Assembly (NCBI GenBank): GCA_904063045.1
Contig: CAJFCJ010000007.1
Location: 988,819-1,052,818, forward strand
Direction: 5' to 3'
Length of the DNA: 64,000 bases
Source: Dimorphilus gyrociliatus
Taxonomy: Eukaryota > Animalia > Annelida
The notes under the pieces were generated by a model, which saw only the letters and a program-made list of their open reading frames with translations, was not told where the DNA came from and made no database searches. Positions 22,301 to 36,728 of this stretch are shown here, in pieces. A program made the position numbers and the translations under genes. Positions within the stretch are counted from its first letter, which is position 1. Each line of letters starts with the position of its first letter.

Positions 22301-25300
22301 TAAACCCTAAAGTATTTGCAATCTTGTTTTTCTTTTACTTTTGCTTTTTTCGCTTTACTTTGTTTAAGTAAGAGAATGCACTAATGTCTGGTATTGCGAA
22401 TAGCAGACATTAGAAATAAACCCTTGTAAAATTGAAATGTTACAGGAGGGGGGGGTGGGAGGGAGATTCTCTAGAAAAGATCTAGGATAGCAACTCTAAG
22501 TAGGTAATTTATAATGGAAGTTTGATTTTCTGTCCCGTATCCAAACTCTCCCTTGCTGTTTTTTGCACCCTAATCAGGGAAGTATTTTTATGCATAAACG
22601 TTAACAAACAGGACACGACGCTGATCCAATCATCCTCCACAAATCGCCGTTAATTGCGGTTTCTGTTTTACATTCGAACACAATGACGTTTATTGTCATC
22701 ATTCTCATAATAAGGCAACACGTTTTGATTATGACTATTTTAACCTATTTCACTTTTTCTGACTCTCTCTCTCTCTCTCTCTGTATATATATATATATCC
22801 TCCTCAAAACATTCATCCGAATAACGTTTATTCTTTTGTTGTTGTGTAAGAGTGGGATAGAAAAAAATTTCGTTTTGATGCATAGGCCTGTCGAACGTTG
22901 CTTTTATCCGAGCGTCACTTATCGTAAGATTTACGAGCGGAAATGATGGGGTCGTAATACGTAATAGGCTATATATATTATAGCAACGGCGTCACTCACT
23001 AGGTGGCATTCTAGCCGTATTGAACCTCGACTGCAAAAGCTTTGCACGTATAATGATGAACGAGTCTGGAGCGAGTTAGACCTTTCTCTTTTGCAGTCGG
23101 GAAACTGGCTGCGTTGTGCGAACGTTGATGGATTTTTTTACCGTGCAGTCGGATCTCCTCTAGTCTTTAGTAATGAGCGTTTTGCTGTGGAAATGGCCCA
23201 AAAATAATTTAAAAGCCAAGCAGGTTGGATATTAACTTATCTCCAAATATTTGTTTATGTTGTTTTTCTAACTTTGTCCTTTTTATGGGGTGCTGAGCTT
23301 TTGATAAAATGCAGTAGGACAATCTCGTTAGCGTCTGTTACATAAATGTCGACTCTGTGAGAGATTAGTTTCAAAAATAACTAAATAATGCAAGCGTAGG
23401 CCTCTCAATGGCAATTTTTTTTAATTCAATACCTTCTGACGTTTTAAGAGGTTTAACGTTTGCATACAGAGAACATCTTTATAAAAAATTATTCTAATAG
23501 ATTAAAATCGTTGTTAGACCATACAAACTCTTTGATTTTGTCTTCTTTTACGAGCTTTTTACCCTTTAATATCATCGTATAATTAAATATACATTCCATC
23601 ATCGATTAATACTTGAATGACGTGCGCATTACCGCTTCATTCAATCTGCAATTGTCTATATTCGAATAGTCTATTCTGAAAAAAGTTTGTTTATTGAACT
23701 ATTTATTTGTTATTCTTTCATGTACTCTCCTCGTTATTTGTGCCTCTATGTAATTGCGAGGCATTTATATTAAAGTAATACTCAATAGGGTTAATGTCTA
23801 ATTAAATCAATCAATTTACTTGAAATTTTCTTCATCTCGTCAAGTTTCCTTGAATAATAAAGACAGAAGTAATAGTGTATACAGTATAACTTATATAGGT
23901 TATATTTTTATTTATTTATATTACTATATAAAATTGATTTATTATGTAATGTCGAAAAAACTAAATAGCTTTTTTATCATCGATATGATGGAGAAGTACT
24001 TCTCTTTCCAACTTAACATGCCTAAAGATTTAATGGATATTCCTCATACAATTTACTAATAAAGCTTTAAAGTCTCTTTTATATGTATAATAAGAACAAG
24101 AGCGTTTTTATCTTTCTATCCCTGTTTTATTACCCCATCTAAAATCTCTCGAAGATGAGGAGAGAAATTTACATCTTATCTAGATATCATCTCTCTCTCT
24201 CTTTCTCTCTTTTTTTTTTCAAGATATGCTATTGCCTATATACAGAAGAATTTTCTAATCTGTACTTCAATCAACTCAATATATGCATTTATTTACTTAA
24301 TCCAGCAATTGTAGTTGACTATGAGAAATTGATTGACTTATAAATTGACCTAGTCATACTTCAACCGTATTGATAATGATAATAATAATAAAAACAACCT
24401 TTATTGTTTTTATTACTTTTATTGTTATTTGCGTGGACGTGTTTATATTGTATATATACTTTCAGGCGTTTGTGCACATGTCTAGCATTAAAAAATCATT
24501 TGTTCCGACGTGGTTCGTAAGCAAAGATCGAAATATACAAATTTACTAAAGGTTAACCGCGATGCGATTAAACGGCCTCTTTACATTTACCCTCACTTTT
24601 ATTGTACGTCCCAGAGAAACGTCTCAGCTGGTATGTTTGCTGTTTGATAATGACAAATATCGACTTAAACCGTCGATCTTGTTGGTGGAGTTGTTGTCCT
24701 AATTAAAAAACGAAAGAAACAACAAAAATTTATAGGAAAGAAAGAACGTCTTTTACTTTACTTTTTTTCTCCCGACCCCCCTCTCCTCCCCTCCCCCCAA
24801 TGATAAAAGCTTCTTAAAGATATTCTAATAAATCTTATGTATTCATATGAGTCTACTATATTAATATATACAGAAAATAAATACACATACGAAGTCTATT
24901 ATTAAGATTATCTATTCTATATAACAACTTACATATACCAGTTCGTTTTTTATGTAATTGATAGGGGTACAAGTAAATGTATAAAGGGAGTTTATGAATA
25001 AATAAATAAGGTGTAGTATATAATATGTACAATACCTATTGCAATAAAAGGGACAAGACATTGAAGAAATTGATCGATAAGTTTTGTAGGAAGTGTATCA
25101 ATCACAGCTAAACAATAGGCTGCAACACTTATCATTTATTCAAATCAAAAACTGAAAGGAGTAGCCCAAATTAGGAGAATAATGAATTTCTATGAAATTA
25201 ATTAATTATTTAATTGTAATTTTATCTTAAGAAAAAATTTTCTTTGAGAAGTAAAATGCTCTTATTGTATTAAGCAGTTAGACGGTTAATCGTCTAAATG

Positions 25301-26805
25301 ACGCATTATTTATGAAGTCTGTAAACTGATAAATGATCATTACTCTAGCAAACTATTGAAAATAAGAACTACGTAGAGGGAAATGGAAGATAACAGGGAA
25401 TAAGATGACGTAGACTCATGCTCAAATTGGTTTGGAATGATGCGTTAGCGTAGTTTTATTCACCTTTAAATCTAAGAAGTGACTTTGGTAGTTCGATATA
25501 ATAGACAGATAGAATCTATAAGCTCAAAGATATTTTAAAGGATAGTTTGCATTAAATATGCATTTTTATAACCTAATTTAAATATTAAGCTCTTGTATAA
25601 AGGATATCAGATCATTAATATTAAAAGGTGTTAAGAACAAATAAATAAATTAAGTATTGAATATCAAGCGTTAGTAATACCCTGGGCTGAAGGAGCTAAA
25701 GCCCGTGGAATTGCAGTTGAAAGGCGGGCAAACGAATAGCGCATAGCAAGAATGACGCAATCGACTGGGCAGCTTGGGACAGAAAATTGAGAAGGAGAAT
25801 ACTCGGGAGCTTTCCATAATCAGTCGGCTTTCTTCCATTTTCTATTCAGCAACGTAGGCGACTGTTTTATTAGCTTATATGATTTTAATTCCGTTTTTAT
25901 CGTAATTATTTATTATGTAACTGTCGTAGTGTTATTATTCTATTAATGTCAATCGGCTACCATACGTCAGCACGAATAGGTGAAATATTAGCAAAAGAAC
26001 GGTTAACAAAATAGATAGAATGGGAAAATGAACGGATAATTCTATCCAGCTCTACTATAAAATGTATTAGGATGATCACGTGATTTCTAAATTGTTTGTT
26101 TCTTTTTTTTTTCTGTATAAAAATTCTAGCTTCCCCAACTAGCTCATCCTTCATTAATATCCACCCATCATCGTTTCTACGGGCGGTATAATATAATATC
26201 TGTAAAATTGGTAATGGGAAACATTTTTCTATAGAAAGGAACCAAACTAAAGAAACAATTAATTTGTTCGTTTCGTTTAATATTTCCTTCGATCGTGTTT
26301 TGAGATTTGAGTTAAGCAGTCGGGGCTCTATTTATTTTGGATTATATTAAGTTTGTATTATAAACCACCAAACACCGTCTTTTATTAACAATTGGTAGTC
26401 CAACAAACTTACTCTTAATCTTTACCCTGAAATTTGACCTATCTCATTGGTCTTTTATACATTAAATCCCCTATTGAATAGAAAGTAAAAAAAAAATACA
26501 ATTAACTAATTCTATTATTGGTTTAGATTGTTTTTTATACATTAATCCTTTTATATTGGTCGCCTTAGCTGATTTCACTCTAATAGTCAATGTTGTAAGC
26601 CCCCTCTCTTTCATTCTATCTGTCTCCCTCTTAATATATAAAAGATACAGGAACAGGAAGATCATCATTGAATTATTAAAAAACCATACAATTGGTATTG
26701 ATAGTTGTATGTCATGTTAATAATAATTACTGCTATCAAAATGGTCATGTTTATTTATATAAACTATATACAATTTAGTATATCTAGCTTAATATATACA
26801 TATAC

Positions 26806-26808
<3 letters not shown>

Positions 26809-26842
<34 letters not shown>
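26809..26842. repeat. (AT)n microsatellite
   Basis: About 17 AT units. Confidence 0.9.
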
Positions 26843-26846
<4 letters not shown>

Positions 26847-29800
26847 TAATAGGATATGTTAATATATATATCTATGTATTTTTAAGTATATCTATACTTT
26901 AGAAATGAAATATTACCCTTATATCAACAGCAAAAAAAGGCTATTTATTTAAGATTCTATCTGAAAATGTTACGTCAACAGGCTTTTAGCTATATTTTTG
27001 TATATAATATTATTACATATCGTTTATTGGGAGCAGATACTCTATACGAAATGATATAATGAAACCTCATCTATAAGCGATATTCGTACTATTAGGACCA
27101 ATACTTAACGTCTTAACCGGCAAATTCTTTTTAACGTATATAATTTGACCCTAATTTTAAAATATTGTGGGATAAGGGAAAACGCTGTTCTCTCTCCTTG
27201 GTCGTAAAGGATAATCACCGAATTCATCCCATTTAGAACAGTACAGTTATTGAAGAAAATTGGATTAGTAGCTGATACGGAACGGCCAGGGGCATTCAAT
27301 CGAGGCGCTAGTATTCATTGAAGCTGGCAAACGAATGTCGGCTCTAGACGATTATTCGATTCCCGTCAGCTTTTTTTAGGCCCAAGAATTACGTTGTATA
27401 CAATTTCTAGGGCAGTAAAAAGCGGTACTCGAGCTATAAACGCCAGTTATATGTTGGCTTTTTTCAACGCCTTTCCTTTGAAGGTTCTGCTACTGCTAAA
27501 AGATGTATGCTTATGAGCTAGCAATTTCTTAAACGAAGAAAGTTGTAATCTTTCCCTGTAGATGGCGTCTTTTATCAGTTTATATTTCAACAAACGATAC
27601 TTTTGCACTTATCAAATCGTTTCCATTGCATATTTTCTTAATAAAGAAGATTTAATACTATTTTCTTGGAACTTTCAAGATAAAATTTGATAAAAGTGAA
27701 CCGGAAGCTTCTTACCGCAAGATGGCGATAATGGCATACAAAATCCATTTTCTACTTTTCCGGTTATGTAATGTGTATGCGATAGCGACAATTATCTACT
27801 CGACTGCATCCGTCCTTGCTCAAAAATACTTTGCGATAGATGAAATAACGTGTACATTTTCTCCCTACGAGAAGTAGTCAACTCGTGAGAAATGAGCGTT
27901 TAATTTCCTTAAAGCTCTAGGGTTAGACTGCATTTACAAGAATTATAACTCTGACATTTTCTAATAGAAAAATGTGGCTATACGCACATGTAAAATGTGC
28001 ATTATGTAAATGTACGGAATATATATAAATTACATGTGGTATTTGTGTTTCTTTCTACTGGTTGATTGTCTGCTAAGAACGTAGAACTTTTATAAACTAC
28101 AGACATTTGTAGGCTACTAATAACACATTGAAGAAATTATACAAAAGGAATCTCAGCTGTTATTTCGTATAACCTTACAAACTTTTACAATACTTTTTAA
28201 CGAATCTATTCTCCCTATGTAATATCATTTATTTACAATGTTATTGTTACATAAGATAAAAGTGGATTAACTTTGATTTTTTTTTTAACAAACTATTATA
28301 ATCTACTCTTTCCAATGGTACAGTTGATTCTTTTACAGAAATGTAACGAATCATAGTGATGAATGTTTCTTTTATTCAAACCGGACAAGGTAGGAGAAAT
28401 AAATTAGGATAAAGGTATCAAAAAACAATTTTCAAATGGTTGAAATTGAAAGAGTAAAAGTAAAAAAATGTAGTGACAAAGTGCGAAATTGGCAGGATAT
28501 AAAATGTTTACTTTTCCCTTTATTCGACCCAAAAAAGAGAATTTACTATTTAAGACTTTTCTTTAATAAAAAAGATAGTGAAGGAACAGATAGCTTTTGT
28601 TCTTCTTTATATTAAAAATAAGTGTGGAGAGCTGGTTTCAATATAACAAGGAAATTATGTTATAATTTGGGTAGTGAGTCATTCGGCCGCAAAATTCTCA
28701 TCTAAACGTCTCCGTTTCTCATCAGTTGCATTCTCTTGAGACATTGGCAAACACATATGCAAATTTTTTGCCCGTTTGCTCGCGTATATGCGTATAGCCA
28801 AAGTGACGCGTCATTCCTCTGCACATGCGATCGGGAGAGATGAGCTTAATCGACGCGGAACGGCGTCGCTACGTCTCCGTCTTTGTCTGAAAGACAGCAA
28901 TACTTTTGAACGTATTGTTCCAACATCGGCTCATTTCTCCCAAACTTGATTTTAATGACGGATAACATATTGTTCGATTACTTCGTGTATAAGACACCAA
29001 CGGTTTTAAGGAAGAAAAGGAATAGAACTTGCTCTTCTCGCCGTAATGAACAGGTGATTTTGACGAGTATACGCGTCTGATGGTTGTTTTTATTGCGAAA
29101 ATTGCCTACTCTAGGCCTATTTGTGTATTGGCAGGAAATTAACGATTGCTTTGTGTAAATATATGTAGTCATGTGATAGCTGGTCAATTATGTATGGTGA
29201 TAGGCTTAAGAGTTCGGAAGGTATAGTTTATCTGCAACGAAACCTTGTATATAGGCTGTTAATAGCTTCCTTTCTAGGTTCAGTAAATATAGTTTGTCTA
29301 TTTTAAGTAAGGAAAGCAAAAAGTAGCCTTTTTTCAAATATTATCTTAAAGAATTGAAAAAAAAACTCTCTTATTTCTGTAATTTTTTGATTTAAAAAGG
29401 AATATAGAAAATAAATTGCTCTTTTTCGCCTCTTTTTATGACTTTAGAAAGGTCTTACTATACGAAATAATACGTTTCAAGTTTGTTTACATATATATAC
29501 TAGGTTTTTATCTCCAAAGTCCTTTTTATCGATGGATACTTCAGGACTTTATTAGTTTAACAAAAACAAAAACTAAAAATTATTGTACACCACAAGCCAA
29601 GTTGCATTCTATTAAGCTTGATTTATACGAAAAGGAAAAATACTTGCGGAAAAATCTAAGGATTTAAGGAGAACAGAATTTAGGCCTAAACGGAAATTTA
29701 TTAGAATTTTATCGCTCCTTTTTACTTTTGGTATCTGAAATAAGGCCTCTAATAGTGGGACTTGAGAGAAATTTTTCAAGTGACTGCCATATATAACCAT

Positions 29801-30900
29801 TGGAAGCGGATACGCCTACTTACATTTGACAAAAAGCAGAAAATAAAGGAGAAGGAGAAAAGGGAATGTAGAAGAAAAGAAAGCAGGGAAAGGACAAGAC
29901 AGAATGCATTGCAAACAAAAAGAGAATTAATGATTAAATGAAAGAAAATTGGAAAATAACATAAATAATAAAGAAAAATCTGCTCCGGAATGTCCTGCAA
30001 AAAAGACGAACTGTTTTTCTTTTATCAGATGGCGTTGCCGTTTCTCTCGACGCTGATTCAGAACGTGCAACGATCCATCCATCTTCGCGCTCAGCTTGAT
30101 ATTCCCCATGTGTAGTGCAGTAAAGGGATGCGCCCTACCGAGTGGTCAACAGATTATACTGCAAAATAATGCATACCATGAAGGGAAAGGAAACCATGTG
30201 ATTTTGCATTATTAATTTCTATGACCCATTTCATAAACAGACAAATAAAAGTACAGAGTGAATTGAAAAGAGCGAGCAAAATAGATAATAAGATAAAAGC
30301 AAAGAGCGAAAGAGAGACAGAGAGAAAGAAAAGGAGATACTTAGAAAGAAAATATCATTTTTTGAATATTTCTTCTTAATTAATTATTTCTTTTACAAGG
30401 CGTTGGTTATTTTCTAAAATATTGGACTTTGTTCGTTTTGTAAACAGTACACTTCAATACGAAAACAAAGAAAAACAAGTTCACAGCATAAAAGCTAATA
30501 GTGAAGGTAGAAGTAAAAAAAAAACTAACTGGGGAAAAACGCAAAGAAACATTTACCACATTAATTAATAAATGCATACAACTGTCAAAACATTGACGGA
30601 CAAGAACTGTTACATAACATCTGTATATTTAGTTTCTCTCCTTACGAAAATTATTTTACGACCGAATGATTCGCCTGTAGACTTTTTTCCTAAAAGGCGT
30701 CACTGATTGAATAAAGACGATTATTGTTTTTTTCTCTCTCTCTCTTTCCCTTTTCTCCTCTCCTATTCTTGTTCTATTATTCTCTCTTCTGCCTATTTTT
30801 CAACCAGACAAATACCAAATTTGTTATAGGCTTATTGAAAATCGAACTGGAAAACGGATGAAGGGTGAGGGCAGGATGAGAAAGAGAGTGAGAGAGTAGG

Positions 30901-30922
30901 AGAGAGAGAGAGAGAGAGAGAG
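30901..30922. repeat. (AG)11 microsatellite
   Basis: Eleven AG units in a purine-rich tract. Confidence 0.9.
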
Positions 30923-32881
30923 ATGCAGAAAAAAGATCAGATGGGGGGGGAGAGGAAGGGGTGATAGCACGTGCCGAAAACTGCAATGAATGATCGGGCG
31001 CATAGAGTTTTGTGTAGGTCATGAATCTAGGCCTAGCATCGATCATTACAGTTGGCTTAAGCTATTAGTTTTCTATACGTTCGCCGTGCTAAGGCCCAGT
31101 TCCTTTGCAGTTGGCCCTGTATTACTTTGCGTAAAGAAAATATTATACAAGTTTTTCCATTTTCTCTTATGCAATATCCTCTCATTTCTATTACTTTTTC
31201 GGGTTTGCTCTCTTTCATATTGGTTTTTATAGCAATTTGATAACGTAATACTTTAATAAATAGTTGAACCTAATTGAACCTGTCTATTCCATCTGAGTAG
31301 GATGATTATTGTAAATTGACTAGAGAAGTATGAGTCAAAATATGTATCACTCGTCTATATACAATTTTTACAATAACATCGCTTGGGATGTAGAGAGATG
31401 AGTGTACGAGTAACCTTCGATCGCCTTACGTAGTAACTAATCTGCATGACCCCATTTTTCTTTTTCCCAATTTTATCCTCTTCTTAATTGAAAGGTGACA
31501 AATAAGAAGAAAGAATGATTTCTTAACACATAGAACGATTTAATAAAAAATGCTTTTATTATTTGATCTAGTAAATAACCTTTTGATCTCTTATGAGCAT
31601 CAAAACCTCATAAAAAAACGAGTCGGAAAAGAAAATACAGTGTATTTATTCTCATTTTTATCCATAAAATAGTCTATAAGCAATTTCTAACCTCAACACA
31701 AAGGGTCATTCCGCTTGAATAACAACAATTTGAATACATATGGTTTGGGGTGGAAAACTACTGTTACCCCCCTCTAACTTTAGGGCAAAAAGGGCTTTTC
31801 TCACGACAATTTTATTGCTGTTCTTTAACTTATTAATTTTTCTCCAAACACCAGTAGTTTATTATTATCTTCTAAAAAGTTTCCCTTTTCTAGACAAAGT
31901 CATACATACCGGAAATAGATACTATAAATATATAAAAAACAAAAACAGTTTTAATCTCTTATTACAACGTCCTTGCCTAGTTTCAAATATTAAGTTCTTA
32001 AACCTATACTTCTGTGGTTTTTAATGTTTTTATTCAGATTCCAAAACTAGATAAATCACACCCATACATCCGCCTTTTGTTGAAATTTTATATAACCTTT
32101 GTGTTTTTTGTTTCCTTGAACCAGAAAGATGATGAAACACTTAAAGAACGAAAAAAAAACTTGTACCGGAAGTCTTATTGTTAAATGTGTGAAAATTAAC
32201 GATTGTCAATCGAACTATGACGTAAAAATTGTTTGTTTTACGCAACTGCGCAAACGATTATTAAATCCCATGCCGTTTGATGTTTTTCATATTGTAAAGT
32301 AAACGGTTATGTAGTTGGAATTTCACGCCTTTATCTAGGGGCGCTTAACATTTTTCAAATGTTTTGGTAATTTCAATGACTAGAGGGGCGTTTTTATTTG
32401 CGGGGGGCCAGATTTCAAAAATGCTCTTGAAAAATCGAAAGTTCTCCCTCTATCAAATTCTTTATCTATTAAGTGATAGTTCTAATGAAATGAATAGTTT
32501 CTATAAATAAGATTTCTTATACGTATAATTTGTCCATGTAATCCTTTTTAGTGCAAATTCGCCCCTTCAACGCCCCCATCCTATCAACCGTAAAATCGCT
32601 CCTGAATTATGACCAGTGTAGGCTCTGAAAATGAATATGGACAGATGCTTCTAGCGTCGTTGATAATTTTACACTTTTTTAAGTAAAAGTATACCTATTA
32701 CGTAATTATAGAGTTTTTTGTTTTACTGACAACAATTTGGAACGCTTTAGAGTCATTAAAGCTTCACCAATATCGACCGTAGTCGGACTTCTTATTGGTA
32801 TAGTCTCCGATTTCGGTGTTGTTGAATATTGGCGTTGTTTGCTAAGTTGGTTTGTAGGCCTATGTTACTACTCTACTATAG

Positions 32882-33000
32882 TGAGTCATGATTGGACCAC
32901 TATTGGCGCTGAATCAGGCTGTTCGCCATTCGACAGTGAGATCTCGTAGGTGGCGGACCGACAATTTTTAAAACTCCGGCTTTCCGCTGACCTTTGACCT
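32882..33000 (+). promoter_or_regulatory. Proximal promoter of the full-length NAV isoform (AP-1, CCAAT, CTCF-like, perfect DR1)
   Basis: TGAGTCA 32882-32888; ATTGG at about 32891 and 32902; TAGGTGGCGG 32947-32956; TGACCTTTGACCT 32988-33000, 100 bp upstream of ATG 33100. Confidence 0.5.
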
Positions 33001-33099
33001 TCGTCTTTCTTTTATTATCTAGTGCAAATATAGTGTTGAAAATATATATATAATCAAACGAAAATTGTTCAAGTCTGGTCAACCAAAAAACGAAGAATT

Positions 33100-33222
33100 A
33101 TGTCAAGACTAGCTAGATTAAATGTCAATCGTCGGAACAATTCCTACAATAACTTGGATAAGAACTTAAAATCTTCTAGTAGACCTGATTCAGGATTAGA
33201 TTTATCAGAAGACGACGCTCAG
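33100..33222 (+). CDS. NAV: Neuron navigator exon 1 (MSRLARLNV...SEDDAQ)
   Basis: 41 codons from ATG to CAG|GTATTG, phase 0, matching the phase-0 CH-domain exon that follows. Confidence 0.7.
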
Positions 33223-36200
33223 GTATTGCCTTATGATAGTTTCTAGAGCCTTGACCTTGTAATTTCATAACCGATGAGCCATTATATAACTGTATTCAAA
33301 GGCTTTGAATATTGTTATTCGTATTGATTAGCATATTTTGTTGGTATTCAACCTTTTCTGTCATTTTTTGTTAAGTTTATTCTATTGACTAAGTATTGGC
33401 TTGTATTTAAGTGTTATTTTAATATCATTGCAAACATCCCTCTAAAGTAATTAGTGTTGAAAGGTATCATTAATACGTAAAATTGTTCTTTCGTTAGTAA
33501 TACTCTCAAATATTCTTCGTAAACCTATAAGTGATTAATAGTTTAATTTCTTTTAAACGTACGATTGTCAAAGGAATCGTTTAAAGTGTTAACAGATGAG
33601 GCATTGTCCCTTTTTGCCTATCTTTTCCAAAGGAAAAGGTATATTTTAAGCTATGATTCGATAGAGTGTATTCAAAAAGTTGTATAAAAGTCTTAAGCTG
33701 CAATATTTCATTAGATAGATAAGAAATTGTTGTTGACCTACACTTTTGGGCAACCGTTCTCTATTATTTATTTATTAATCTGTTTAATTAAAGTTTTTGA
33801 TAATTTTCAACAGTATCAGGTACAATAACAAGCGTACAGCTAATCTTAAGAGTGTTTACGAACGGTCTTTTTCAGATAATCCCCTATACCATTTACCCTC
33901 TCTTCGGTGCCACCTTTCCTCAATCTTCACTCTTATATATACCTTACAATAGAGTTCTAGTTCACCTTCCCATTAGTTTTTCCTTCTTTGTTTATTTTCT
34001 TGTCTGACAAAATTTTTAAAAGGCTTTAAAGAATTTTTTTTTTTAACGAAACCGTATGCGTTTTATAAATGAGATAAGATATCGGTTTTGTTTTCATACG
34101 ATTTCGATAAAAAATTTGCCTAAATAAAGATAGCGTAACGAGCAATTTCCCGAATTTATTTTCTTTGACAGGGCGTAAAAAATATAGAGGAAGAGAAAGA
34201 AGGATAAGGGAAAGTAGTAGTAGATCTTTCCTTAACATTTTTTTACGTAATCGACTCCCTTTCTTCCCTTAAAAACTTTACTGTTTTACCTACTTGTTTT
34301 TCCTAAATGTACGGACGCGTGCCAATCAGAACACGTCCGACTTTTAATGAGAAACATGTTGCTTTGGGAAGAAGAAAAAAAAGGGGGCGGTAACTGAAGG
34401 CGAAAGTTTTTTTTATCCCTCACCTGTGAGCTTTAAACTTGTTAGTCATAGGCATTTTATTGCTGTTGAATCAGAAGAAAAAACTGCAAAACGACTTAAA
34501 AATAAATAAATGCGTAGTAATGAATAATTTTAAACAGTGAGCAATGACTAACGCCTATAGTGACGCCGCCATCTTGCGGGCGTTTTTCTTTTTATTTGAA
34601 AGTATTGTAAACGTTATATACCATATATAATTGGTCATTTTGTTATTGTTAAATAAGGGGAAAGTATCGTTTTAAATTGTTATCGCGTACAGGGTAATAA
34701 ATCTGTATTGATTAGAGGAATTGAAATCCGAAACGAAAGTATGAATAAGGGACAAAAGAATTAGAATAAAAAACGAATTTCGTTGACTCTTAAACCTTAT
34801 TATTCTTACCGAATCTATTAATTCGAATTCTACTCGGATTTGTTTTGAAAGGAGAGATTATTTGAATAGATCCACCCTACGCCTTATACTTTCCATATAA
34901 TAGAGTTTCCCATTCACTTTACTACTTCTCTTCTCTGACCCTCCCTGTATGCCTTTCTCTCTATCTCTTTATCTACTACCTATTTCTTTCAATTTCCTTA
35001 TTCTTTTTCCCTTATTTTATTTCGCTTCTTAAATCTAACCCCACCGCTTACCCTCTTGAAACTAGGCGCTCGAGAAAAGGTCGACTCGGTCCAAATGTTG
35101 CAAGGTCTGTGAAACTTTGCCTATGCTAGTAACTTTATACCATCCTCTAGGTCGGAAGAAGAGGCTCTCGAATCCAGTAAAAACATCGTTATTGTACGAT
35201 CTATAAAAAGAATTTATCAACTGCAACAATTATCCGTAAATGGACTTGTCGCGTTTTTCAACTTTTTTTTTTTTAATAGTGATTTTATAAAGTATTTATC
35301 TCTCGTTACGCCTTCTGGCTATGAAAAGTATAGAATCCTTTGTCAGTTATGTTTTAAACTTAAACAAAAAAGACGATAGTAGAAAAACAGCAAAAGAAAC
35401 AAACATCTTAGGATAAGACTAGTTAGAGTTGAAAAAGAGTGAGTAAGTGAGAAAGATACATAAAACTAGCATACTTTAGCATATTCCGCATATTCATATT
35501 CTTTTTTATCCTATTCATTTTCAACGGTACTTTTTTTTGTCTGAATAAGTTTGTATGATATAGGTGGGAGGGAGGTTGGGAAAGCTTTTTACCATAGCAT
35601 ATAGTTTTTCAAACAATTTGATAACTAATAATAATATTTTCACGGACGAATCGGAGAAGGCTAAAGGGAGGGTGTTACGTCTTTTACAGTAGGATACCCT
35701 GGATAGTTTTTTTTTTTACCTATATAACAAATAATTAGACTACTTATCGCTTAAAAAGTGATAAAAAAATACCTTCCTTACAGTGTATTAATAAAGACAT
35801 TCCCTTTACCCTTTCTTTAAAAATAACTCGCTCTCTCCCCCTCACCCCTCCCCTACCTCTTGTTGAGGAAATAAGAAAGAGGAATAGATTACATATTACT
35901 TTTAACCCTTGTTTCAAAATGTTTATTATTTATATATAACCGGAAAGAACTCTATAGTAGGCCCTACTATTTGCGCCCTAAATAGTAAACGGCACTGGAA
36001 GCTACGGAACCGAGTAGGCTCTTATCAATTAATTCTTGCACGAGCACACCTTATCTGCAAAAGTTGGCATTAGTGCAAGTTGAAAAGGAAAGGGGGGAAG
36101 ATATGGTGTGTGGATGTAATCGGTAAAAAATATTGCATTTGTACAACGTGTACTGCATGTTACATACATGTATACGACTAGCAGATGGATTATATCTTAA

Positions 36201-36610
36201 GTCAAGTCCGATGGAGATAAGGAAAAGGGCAAATGTTTCTTATTGCAGTATGAATTTATACACAATACCATAGAAATTCGTTCTTATAGGTACATATACA
36301 CTATTCCATTGAGGTGGCGCTGGTTTTAGGCCTAATCTATGTAAAAAGGAACGCCATAAGTCGTTTATCGTTCGATAGGATCTAGTATGTATCGAGTTTG
36401 GAAACCGTTGATCGGTTCCTTCGATTTAGTATTAAACGACGCTTTTAAAGCAAAGGTTATTTTATTATATTTCATTATTTAACATGTATATATTGTATAT
36501 AGGATTCTATTTGACGATCCCTCATAATAAAGTACTATAAAAACAAGAATATTGTATTGGTTTCTATTCAAAACTGGCGTATTAAATAGTTTTATTCTCT
36601 TTTACAACAG

Positions 36611-36728
36611 ATTTATACCGACTGGGCCAACCATTATTTGGAAAAATCTAGACATAGTAAGGTAATAACGGATTTACAAGTGGACGTCACGGATGGTGTT
36701 CTGTTAGCGAACGTAATCGAAGCAGTCA
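36611..36728 (+). CDS. NAV: NAV exon 2, calponin-homology domain start
   Basis: ACAG| IYTDWANHYLEKSRHSKVITDLQVDVTDGVLLANVIEAV |GTAAGT; matches NAV2/UNC-53 IYTDWANHYL...DVTDGVLLA. Confidence 0.96.

Noticed and set aside
35954-35970. 17-bp near-palindrome ATAGTAGG-C-CCTACTAT
   Set aside because: Isolated, with no terminal transposon signature; probably a variant of the abundant TAGGCC motif.
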